Shown here piece after piece: positions 19,507-28,004 of a DNA stretch of 32,000 nucleotides. This DNA is from Candidatus Saccharimonadota bacterium (GTDB taxonomy: Bacteria; Patescibacteriota; Gracilibacteria; BD1-5; UBA2023), in the NCBI GenBank assembly GCA_046350815.1, contig JAXLZO010000001.1:390001-422000 (forward strand). Reading direction: 5' to 3'. The notes below the pieces were generated by a model, which was not told the origin of the DNA, did no database searches, and was given only the letters and a program-made list of their open reading frames with translations. A program made the translations under genes and the position numbers. Each line of letters opens with the position of its first letter. The stretch's first letter is position 1.

Positions 19507-20862
19507 ATGCTCAATAAACATCAAAATGCTCTCGAATATGCGAATACTTGGATGGATATTATTCATCGGAGTGAGCTTCCAGATCGTGAGAATGCTCAAT
19601 GGATTATCGATGAGTCAATCCATAATTTTTCAGAGCATTTTAATAGGGGGTGGCTTGAGCAACGTAAATCTGTGAATACACAACGTAGCGGTTGGGCTGC
19701 AGTTGAATGGAGTGGAGATGGTGCTCAATTTACTGATGTGCTCGGTCGCAAATATATTGATTTTCTCGGAGGATATGGACTTATGAGTCTTGGTTGGTCT
19801 CACCCTGAGGTAGTTGAAGCGGTACGATCACAGCTTCTTTGTAATCCTATGCCAAGTCAGGAGCTTATTGACCCACTTCGGGGAGCTCTTGCAAGAATTA
19901 TGGCTGATACACTCCCTGGTGATATCTCCTATAGTTTCTTTGCTGCGAGCGGTACTGAGGCAAATGAGGGTGCTATTAAGCTCGCAAAACTCCATACGGG
20001 AAAATCTGCTTTTATCGCGGCAACGAATGGTTTTCATGGGAAAACCATGGGATCGCTTTCCATGATGGGAAAAGCTCTCTACAGAGAGCCAGTAGGACAA
20101 CTCTACGGTGGTCCGGTCTATCATATTCCCTTTGGAGATGCAGATGCTCTCGAGCAGCAACTTGAAATTTGTAAATCGACAGGTGTCGGTGTGGCAGGAG
20201 TGATCTTTGAGCCGATTCAATGAGAGGCGGGTGCGATTGTACCGTCAGATGATTTTTGGCCACGAGCTCGGGAACTCACACGGGCATATGGGACACTTCT
20301 CATCGCTGATGAAGTGCAGACAGGGCTTGGGCGAACGGGTGAACTCTGGTGAGTCGATCATTGGTGAGTCGTTCCAGATATTGTGACGACAGGCAAGGCT
20401 CTCTGAGGTGGGGTAATGCCTGTGAGCGCATTCTCATCGACTCCAGAAATATGGGAATCAATGATGTCTCCTAATCCATTTATTCATACAACGACAACCG
20501 GTGGTGGTGCTCTTGCTTGCGCTGCAGCTATTGCAGCTATCCGAGTGGTACTTCGTGATAATTACGCAGAGCAAGCTCGTGAAAAGTGAGTCTATATGAA
20601 ACAACGTCTTCAAGTACTTGCAGAAAAACACCCAAATATCTATACTCATATCACGTGATCAGGACTCCTTATTGGCCAACATTTTGTTTCACATGATATT
20701 GGTTATCGAGTGGCGGCAGAGCTCTTCAAAAGATGAGTGCTCGTTGCGGGGACACTCAATTCTTCCAAGACAATTCGTATCGAGCCACCGATCGTGATTA
20801 CCTATGCTGAGATTGATGAATGACTCAATCGACTCGAAGATGCTCTCATGGCCGTATCATAA
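19507..20862 (+). CDS. patA: Class III PLP aminotransferase, putrescine aminotransferase (YgjG/PatA)-like
   Basis: It is colinear, from memory, with E. coli YgjG: WLEQRKSV, AAVEW, SQELIDPLR, FFAASGTEANEGAIKLAK, HGKTMG, EPIQ-[TGA]-EAG, ADEVQTGLGRTG, TTGKAL-[TGA]-GGVMP, NPFIHTTTTGG, VLVAGTLNSSKTIRIEPP. There are 8 in-frame TGA. Stop is TAA 20860-20862. An alternative TTG start exists at 19456. Confidence 0.7.
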
Positions 20863-20881
20863 TCTCTTTTATAATCTCTGT

Positions 20882-22129
20882 ATGCATTCGTCTATCAACC
20901 CATTTCTTTCAGCACAAGCACAGATGCAAAGTGCTTATTCATTTCTCTGAGATGCCTATACTAACCAGTTTAGCTCACTCTTACAGCCTCATCGTGTTAT
21001 CGAGGTATCGATTCCAGTACATATGGATGACGGATCAATTCGGGTATTTACATGATACCGCAGTCAGCATAATAATGCTCGTGGTCCCTACAAGGGGGGA
21101 ATTCGATTTCATCCTGATGTGAGCCGTGAAGAAGTTATGGCTCTCTCTATATGGATGTCGATAAAATGTGCCACCCTTGATCTCCCACTTGGTGGTGGGA
21201 AATGAGGCGTAATATTCGATCCAAAAGAGCTCTCCCTCTGAGAACTTGAGCGATTGTCACGGGGTTATGTAGATCAACTTTTTCGCTACCTTGGTCCAGA
21301 TCAAGACGTCCCAGCTCCCGATGTGAATACAAATGCTCAAATCATGTCATGGATGGTGGATGAATATAGCCGTGTTACAGGATCATGGGCACCAGGAGCA
21401 TTCACAGGAAAACCAGTCATGATTGGTGGATCGCTTGGTCGTGATACAGCAACAGCACAAGGTGGATACTATGTACTCGAATGATATCTTGAAAGTATTG
21501 GACAGGTCATTGCAGGTAAAAAAATCATCATTCAATGAGCGGGAAATGCGGGACTTGAGATGGCAAAACTTCTTGTTGGCGGAGGTGCTATCGTTGTTGG
21601 TATATCTGATTCCCATGGTGGCATCTATCTGGAGAGTGGTCTCGATGTATGTCTGGTTCGAAGCATCAAGCATCAAAAACAAAGTGTGATTACCTACCCA
21701 AATGCTCAAATGATTGATAGTGATGCCTTTCTTCTGCAATCATGTGATATTCTTATCCCCGCAGCGCTCGAGAATCAGATATTCAAGGAAAATGCACCGG
21801 GCATTCAAGCAAAACTTATCATGGAGCTTGCAAATGGGCCAATTACCCCTGAAGCTGATACGATCCTTCATGATCGAGGAATTACAGTCATTCCTGATAT
21901 TCTCGCAAATGCAGGAGGAGTGACCGTCAGTTATTTTGAACAAGTGCAAAATAGTATGAATTTCTCCTGGGATCGTGACAAAGTTCAACATAAACTCCAA
22001 GAGAAAATGAAGATTGCCCTCCAAGGTGTTCAAGCAAGCGCTTATGAGCACAATGTGCCATTGCGAACCTGAGCCTATATTATTGCGCTCAAGAGAATAC
22101 TCGAAGCAATGAAGTTGCGTGGTATGTAG
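20882..22129 (+). CDS. gdh: Glutamate dehydrogenase (Glu/Leu/Phe/Val dehydrogenase family, 415 aa)
   Basis: FT-[TGA][20 protein letters not shown], LPLGGGK-[TGA 21203-21205]-G, IIIQ-[TGA]-AGNAG (first Gly of the Rossmann motif), [16 protein letters not shown]. There are 7 in-frame TGA. Stop is TAG 22127-22129. Confidence 0.92.
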
Positions 22130-22204
22130 TTTGGGTGTGAAAAATGTTTGACGAAATGAGAAAACTGATTATTCTCTGCCGTGCTTTCTGAAAGGAGAGT
22201 ATGT

Positions 22205-22281
22205 GGGTGAGTAGCTCAGCCGGTTAGAGCAGAGGCCTCTTAAGCCTAAGGTCGAGGGTTCGAGTCCCTCCTTACCCACCA
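22205..22281 (+). tRNA. trnK: tRNA-Lys (anticodon CUU)
   Basis: Acceptor GGGTGAG/CTTACCC with one G-U pair. D arm GCTC-agccggtta-GAGC. Anticodon loop CTCTTAA. T arm GAGGG-ttcgagt-CCCTC. Ends ACCA. Confidence 0.85.
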
Positions 22282-22718
22282 TTAGTGAATTTTCAAAAAA
22301 ATAATCATTCCAATCAGGGTTTTATCGCAAGATGAAGCCTTTTTTGGTGGTCTACAATGATGTTCAAAAAGAGAATTTCAATGATCCTACCCTTTTGAAC
22401 ATTTGAAGCCTTTTGATAGAGCTTTGAAGCATTCTGAAAGATAGCTATGAAAGCTTCAATCTCTGCCATCTCACTCCTTTCATTCATATTGATTTTGGAC
22501 ATTTGAGTTGTATAAAAATCAATTCTTTTCTCAAAGCGTTCCCGTTTCTCATTATAAATACGCTGTTCCTCCTTATCCTTCTCAATATGCATATTTTTCT
22601 CGATATATTCATCACGTTCTTTGCGAATTCTACTAATATCAAGATGAATCGAAGTAGCGCTTCTTTGCGCTTTTTCGGCTATTTCTAATAGTTTACCATT
22701 TGCAAATTCAACGTACTT
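22272..22718 (-). pseudogene. C-terminal remnant resembling the coiled-coil tail of a large serine recombinase
   Basis: The frame is open from just after TAG (22719-22721) with no upstream ATG or catalytic domain. The sequence is a charged coiled-coil (...EKDKEEQRIYNEKRERFEKRIDFY...) ending ...QKGRIIEILFLNIIVDHQKRLHLAIKP, like recombinase tails. Under UGA=Gly the frame runs into the 3' end of tRNA-Lys. Confidence 0.3.
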
Positions 22719-23021
22719 CTAAAATCTTCCTTATCTTTGAGAGAAAATTCATGCACTTATAAATTGAATTTTTTCGGAAGATGATAATCTTGATGAAGAT
22801 TATCTCGTGCATATAATTTCCCTGATTTTGTTATATGGGCTAGGATGAGGAAAAATAGTGTATAATCTTCATCTTACAATGAGCCAAAAGAAATATTTGC
22901 GCGAATTAGTAGAGAAATGTACTTCTGAAAATGAAAATAGCGAAAAAATACATCGCTTATAAGCTTTGTTCAAGGGCTTTCTTGGGATTTCCTCACCTTT
23001 TGCCTCAATAATCCGAATCAA

Positions 23022-23693
23022 ATGACTAAAAATTCTCCTTGAGCATCCATTGTAAATGACGAACTAGAATTAAAAATTCTAGAAGTAGATAAGGATCAGA
23101 TTATTCAAAAACTCGAAGCATTGGGATGAGTAAGAATATTGGATGATATTACCCAGATTGAAACTATGGATTTTTTAAAGAACGAATCTTTTATTGTCGC
23201 AGAGGACAAAGCGTTACCGAGATTTATTCCGATTATTCAAAAAATAAATGAAATAACACAATGAAAAGCTACTCTTTTTGAAAATTGAGCATATTTACGA
23301 ATTCGAAAGGAGGGTGAAAAATCAGAAGTAATTCTTAAGTATAAGATGGAAACTGAATTAAATGCAAAATTAGAAAAAGAAATAAGTTTTAACTTTGAAT
23401 ATTCAGAGTGGGAAGAGCTAAGCGCATATCTCAAAAGTATTGGATTGAGGGATAATTTTTTTCAAGAAAAACAAAGGGTTTCTTATGTTTTAGAAAATTT
23501 AGATATTAGGGTGGATATTGATACATGGCCTAAAATTCCTACTTATATTGAAATTGAATGACATTCATTTGAAAATATATATAAGGTGGTGCAACTTCTT
23601 TGATATACTGAAGCAGATACCTCGAGCGAATGAGCATGAAAAATTTTTAAAAAATATGGAATAAGTCCATTTAATTTACGATTCAATAAATAG
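23022..23693 (+). CDS. CYTH-domain protein (class IV adenylate cyclase / triphosphate tunnel metalloenzyme family)
   Basis: N-terminal ExExK signature (DELELKILEV), then YLRIRKEGEKSEVILKYK and DIRVDIDTWPKIPTYIEIE-[TGA]. There are 8 in-frame TGA. Stop is TAG 23691-23693. Confidence 0.65.
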
Positions 23694-23696
23694 TGT

Positions 23697-24647
23697 ATGA
23701 TAATAAATATACACGATTTTAAGATGCTTTTTCATAAAAAATTACTTATCTTATGAGTGGTTGATGAATCTTCTCGAATTGATATAATAGATCATTATCT
23801 CAATGCGGAATTTCGATGAAAGAAAACCCATGGAATATCTAAATTTCTCTATGATTCTCAATTTTATTCTGATAGAGAGGAAGATAACATTGCCATTGAA
23901 AAAGATAAGAAAAATACTTTGCTTATCAATGGAAATAAGGGTATTTGACCGTTGGTAATGAATGCTTGTGTGGATATTTTGCTAAATCGAATAAACGAAT
24001 ATGGAACAGTGATTATTGGACTAAAGAATTTTCAAAGATATGGATCATTGTTTGATTTTGTTGAGAAAATCGCACGAAAAGGATATATTGCATTTATTAC
24101 AAACAATACTGAACCTTTTGTTTTACCGTTTTGAGGTACTGCTCCATTATTTTGAACCAATCCAATAGCAATCGGTATACCGACGAATAAAGACCCTATT
24201 GTATTGGATATGTCTACCTCAGAAAGATCTGCTAATTCAATATGGAACACTAAAGATGGTATTCTTGAAGATTGAATCTATACCACAAAAACTTGAGAGT
24301 ACACCACTTGTGCTGCGGATGTTGTTGGTATTCGGAATTTTTGAGGACATAAATGATACTGAATTTCTCTGGTTGCTGAAGTTCTATCATCCATACCAAC
24401 AGCTGGGAATTTTAGCTTCAATATAAAGAATGATAAATATTGAACGGGTGCCTTTTTTCATGCAATAGATATTGCAAGCTTTTGCTCTATTGAATATTTT
24501 AAGCATCAAATTGATGATCTTATTGTTAAAATAAAAAATCAGGGGGCTTTTGTGCCATGAGAACAAAGTTTTTTGAAGTATGAAAGGAATATTCAAATTG
24601 GTACAATAGATCTAGATGAATCTATTGCTCAAGAATTTTTATTTTAA
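23697..24647 (+). CDS. Ldh_2 family (malate/L-lactate/ureidoglycolate-type) NAD(P)H oxidoreductase
   Basis: I hand-translated the segments outside the standard-code track ORF and found 12 in-frame TGA. Motifs are THGISKF, PF-[TGA]-GTAPLF-[TGA]-TNPIAIGIP and F-[TGA]-GHK-[TGA]-Y-[TGA]-ISLVAEVLS (family motif GGHKGYG). Stop is TAA 24645-24647. Confidence 0.7.
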
Positions 24648-24663
24648 TTACTAAATAAGTATT

Positions 24664-25284
24664 ATGTTTCAGAAAATAGTGTTCGTTGATTTTTATTGAG
24701 TGTTGTCATATACAAAGTTATTTGAAAGTATTTCTTCAGAAAATCATCCGCATCATAAAATATATCAACAAATAGAGCATTTTTTATTTGTTACAGATCG
24801 TCAGGTGTTTAATGATTGGATGATTGGGAAGATATCATGAGATGATATCTTGATGATTATTTCGAAAAAAACCGGTTTAGACTATGAAATACTTCAAGCT
24901 ATCTATAAACAGGATTGTGGTGCTGTAAAAATTCAAGAGGACTTAGTGCATATAATAGGGGAGTTATGAGATAATATATATAAGGTTCTTATTACGAATA
25001 ATGTCGATGGATTTTCCTTATATAGCACTCCAAATATTCCTTTGTTGTCTCAAATATTTCATGAAATACACTGTTCTTACGATTTATGATATTTAAAAAC
25101 CGACGATGACTGTACTTTTTTTAAACGTATTGCTCGTGAACAGGGTATTTCTTTAGAGAATACCTGTCTTATTGATGATACCCGAAAGAATTGTGAAGAA
25201 TTTTCAAGTACTTGAGGAATGGCATTTTGTGTAAAAACCCCAGATGATATACGAAGTGCAGTTTTAAAAATAGAAGAAAAATAG
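24664..25284 (+). CDS. HAD-superfamily hydrolase-like protein
   Basis: IVFVDFY-[TGA]-VL (motif I, with Tyr in place of the second Asp), VLITNN (motif II), K...LIDDTRKN (motifs III/IV). There are 5 in-frame TGA. Stop is TAG 25282-25284. Confidence 0.55.
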
Positions 25285-25299
25285 TAATAGTAAACAGTT

Positions 25300-25333
25300 A
25301 AATCCCTCTCTTGAGACAAGAGGAGGGATTTTT
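25300..25333 (+). terminator. Rho-independent terminator after the HAD-like gene
   Basis: AAATCCCTCTCTTG-aga-CAAGAgGAGGGATTT, running into a T5 tract. Confidence 0.7.
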
Positions 25334-25374
25334 GGTGATTTTTAAGATATAACTCAATCAAACTTTTTCACTGA

Positions 25375-25599
25375 TTACTTTCTAATTCTCGAATAATTTT
25401 TTGAAATATAGCAAAAAGCTATTCAATAACTCTGAAAAACATTTTCCATTCAAACTCCAAATGAACACCTCCATTCTCATAAGAACCGATGCCAATCTGA
25501 AAAAGTCTGAGCAAGTCGCTTATACTCATCATCAACAAATGCTGATACAAGCGATACCAAAAAACATATGATTGCCACGAGAATCAGATAGATACTCAC
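25375..25599 (-). CDS. Possible small single-TM protein (74 aa)
   Basis: GAAGGAGGGttcaattGTG, then SIYLILVAIICFLVSLVSAF... Needs 3 TGA read as sense. Stop is TAA. No family recognised. Confidence 0.25.
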
Positions 25600-25665
25600 A
25601 ATTGAACCCTCCTTCAAAAATGTTCAATAGTTGAATATTGCCTTAATAATAATTTTGTCAAGCAT

Positions 25666-25681
25666 ATGGCTCATCAAGAAA
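25666..25681. repeat. Left copy of the 16-bp direct repeat flanking the IS
   Basis: ATGGCTCATCAAGAAA is identical to 26816-26831. A 17th base T is ambiguous between the repeat and the IS end. Confidence 0.85.
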
Positions 25682-26815
25682 TGTTACAATTGCAGCAATT
25701 AGGTTTACATCATTCCCTTCTTGTCATGAAAGGGAGGAAATGAAAAAGGAGATAGAATGATGGTGAGGTGTTCAAACCTTGTGTCTTATCATTATCTTAT
25801 CATCCTATCTCCATGTGACCAAGATATCTTTGTTTTTCTATGTTGCAAATGAGAATAAAACTTCTTCAAGAAATTCTTGATGGAGCGAAGAAAGTCCACG
25901 AAGTGGCTTCTCTTCTTTCGGTCTCTCGTCAAAGCGTGAGTAAGTGGTTAGCTCGCTATCGTATAGAGTAAGAAGCTTGAGTAGTTCCAAAGCGATGTTG
26001 ACCGAAGAAGAATATTCCAGTGAATCGAACCAATCAAGTAGTAGAAGAGATGGTAGGGAATCTCGCACGAAGATATCCAGAGCTTTGACCAAGGAGTCTC
26101 TCATGGAAGCTTCAAGAAGAAACAAAGATTTCTCTCAATCAATCCACCATCTATAGAATTCTCTCACGAACGTGAGTTCGCTACAAGAGAAAATGAGAAT
26201 GGAGGCAACGACGTAAAACACTCTATGTTCTTGATCAACCAGGAAGAGAAATACAGTTAGATGTTTGCTTTCCTTTCTGACGCAGTAGAAGAGAAGTTCA
26301 ATACGATGCGATCGATGATTGTAGTAGGTTTGTCTTCTCAAGAGTTCACAGTGAGCAATGTGTACGTTCGAGTATGGAGTTTGTACTCAATCTCATAGAC
26401 GCTTCACCTTTTCCTATACAAACCATACGTACGGATTGTTGATCTGAGTTTGGAAAATGATTCACTGACTTTCTTGTCAGACTCTGAATACAACACAAAA
26501 GAAATGCTCCCTATACTCCACAGCACAATGGGAAGGTAGAGAGGTATCATAGAACTCTTTGGCAGAATCTTTGAGAATACTCATTGAAAATAGATATCCA
26601 TGAATATCGATACAAACTCAAGCTTTTTACTGATTACTACAATCATAGAAAACCTCACAGTGGACTTGGTATGTTTGGTATGACTCCTGCTGAACGAATA
26701 GGATACTCTCTTATACAAAACTCCCTCGCTTACGCGAGAGAGTCTGAATCACTATTCGATGATGTATGAAGTTTCAGAAGTTTATGAAATGTAAACTTGA
26801 CGCTGCAATTTAACA
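25682..26815 (+). mobile_element. IS481-family-like insertion sequence (1134 bp)
   Basis: Imperfect terminal inverted repeats TGTTAcAATTGCAGC...TTTACAT (left) and TGTTAAATTGCAGC...TTTACAT (right, reverse complement). There is a single HTH plus rve/DDE transposase ORF, and the element is flanked by a 16-bp direct repeat. Confidence 0.8.
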
Positions 26816-26907
26816 ATGGCTCATCAAGAAATCATCACCAAGTGGCTCGGCAAGAAATATGCGGAGTCCAAAGAAATTGGAAATCAATGTGTTATCTGGC
26901 CAAATAA
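25849..26907 (+). pseudogene. IS481-like DDE transposase with an in-frame TAA at codon 41 and no TAA/TAG stop inside the element
   Basis: HTH VSRQSVSKWLARYRIE-[TAA 25969-25971]-EA-[TGA]-VV... DDE core EIQLDVCF, TIRTDC-[TGA]-SEF, HNGKVERYHRTL, YNHRKPHSGLG. There are about 12 in-frame TGA, several on conserved Gly. The first TAA after the catalytic core is at 26905-26907, 90 nt beyond the right IR. Confidence 0.7.
26816..26831. repeat. Right copy of the 16-bp direct repeat flanking the IS
   Basis: ATGGCTCATCAAGAAA. Here it is the start of a 33-codon ORF (26816-26917). Confidence 0.85.
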
Positions 26908-26944
26908 ATATACCTAATAATTTAGAGATCTAATCAGTTAATTT

Positions 26945-27466
26945 TTATTCACTTTTTTGAGAATAAACATTCTCAAGATTCAGAAGAAGTTTCTTTTTCT
27001 TAATTCCCCAATGATACCCTCCGAGCGATCCATCCGATGATACGACACGATGGCAAGGAATAATAATGGCTATAGGATTCGCTCCTATCGCAGATCAGAC
27101 AGCACGAACAGCTTTTGGGCGACCAATCACTGCTGCAATTTGCTTGTACGTCTTGGTTTGACCGAGAGGAATTTTTTGAAGCTCTGCCCATACATCTTGT
27201 TGAAATTGGGTTCCATGAAGATGAATTGGAATATTGAGAAGATTTTCTCATTTGCTCGAGATGCAATCAAGTACTATCTTTTGGAGTTCGGATGACTCTT
27301 GAATAAGTTCGGATGACCGATATTTGTTCTGTAACTCTTGCAATGAAGCATCTTTGTCGTCTGCAAAGGAAAGCCAACAAAGATGTATTGTATCATCAGC
27401 GATTAAAACATCACCAAGTATACTTGGGTAGAAAGAATATCGAAGTATGCGTTTAATATTACTCAT
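26945..27466 (-). CDS. ogt: Methylated-DNA--protein-cysteine methyltransferase
   Basis: ...HLHGTQFQQDVWAELQKIPLGQTKTYKQIAAVIGRPKAVRAV-[TGA]-SAIGANPIAIIIPCHRVVSSDGSLGGYHWG. The PCHRV active site is present. There are 2 in-frame TGA. Stop is TAA 26945-26947. Confidence 0.9.
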
Positions 27467-27947
27467 TGATCCAATCTGAAGAGACAAGCTCTATCTCTAC
27501 TTCATTGTTTGTTTCCGATTGCATCCAAGCAAATTCAGGAGATACAAGATCGAGATTGCTATATTTAAATACTTTTTTATCGACGGTAAATATACTGTTA
27601 TCTTCATCAACCTGCCGTCCTTTGAATTTTACAGCAAATGGTGTATCGTGTGGTATTCTTCAGGATATAGGACTCTCGTTGCCACCTATTCGAAAGGTTC
27701 ATTCGAAGGTATTGTCACTTAGGAGTGATTGAACTTTGTAGCGAATTGTTTTTCCAATATTCACAATACCAGGTTTTAAACCTACTGTGCCATTCTTTGG
27801 ATTGAGTATTCGTGCCTCCTTGAGAATATGAATAATACGTGCACGAGTATTTTCATCGATAGTGCTATCTTGAAGTCGTTTCTCGAATTCTTGTCGCTCA
27901 TCTTCGAGAATATACAATGTGGGAGTGTTGTTTTGACGTGTGTCCAT
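27459..27947 (-). CDS. GreA/GreB C-terminal-domain (Rnk-like) protein (162 aa)
   Basis: From memory it resembles E. coli Rnk: TLYILEDERQEFEKRL, then VNIGKTIRYKVQSLL...RIPHDTPFAVKFKGRQVDEDNSI. There are 2 in-frame TGA. Its stop overlaps the ogt start by 8 nt (ATGAGTAA). Confidence 0.4.
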
Positions 27948-28004
27948 AGAGGCAACGTTATGGATATCTACTCCTATGGTAGTGATTTGGACAAAAAAGC
28001 AATT

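Noticed and set aside
20820-21122. 100-aa plus-strand ORF spanning the aminotransferase/gdh junction (also 21423-21689, 21714-21923 and the minus-strand ORFs 21383-21739 and 21740-22051)
   Set aside because: They are alternative-frame or antisense readings. The gdh frame carries every family motif.
22783-22804. The 9-bp hairpin GATAATCTT-gatg-AAGATTATC as a terminator
   Set aside because: No T tract follows on either strand and no intact gene ends nearby. It lies in the decayed sequence next to the recombinase remnant.
25365-25395. A second IS fragment: aaactttttcactgattactttc resembles the transposase region ctttttactgattactac (KLFTDYY)
   Set aside because: The similarity spans only about 25 nt with an indel, and nothing on either side matches. 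This is insufficient to call a remnant.
25600-25615. ccctcctt shared with the 3' end of tRNA-Lys (gtccctccttaccc) as a possible attR of an island
   Set aside because: The match is only 8 nt and coincides with the complement of a Shine-Dalgarno site for the minus-strand small ORF. It is easily explained by chance.
26816-26917. The 33-codon ORF after the IS as a truncated CHAP-domain peptidase, because of the GNQCV motif
   Set aside because: It is too short and the single motif is too weak. I kept it only as context for the IS insertion site.
27000-27295. Track ORFs 27000-27266 (minus) and 27050-27295 (plus)
   Set aside because: They are wrong-frame or antisense readings across ogt. The ogt frame contains the PCHRV active site and joins 27248-27487 through a single TGA-Gly.
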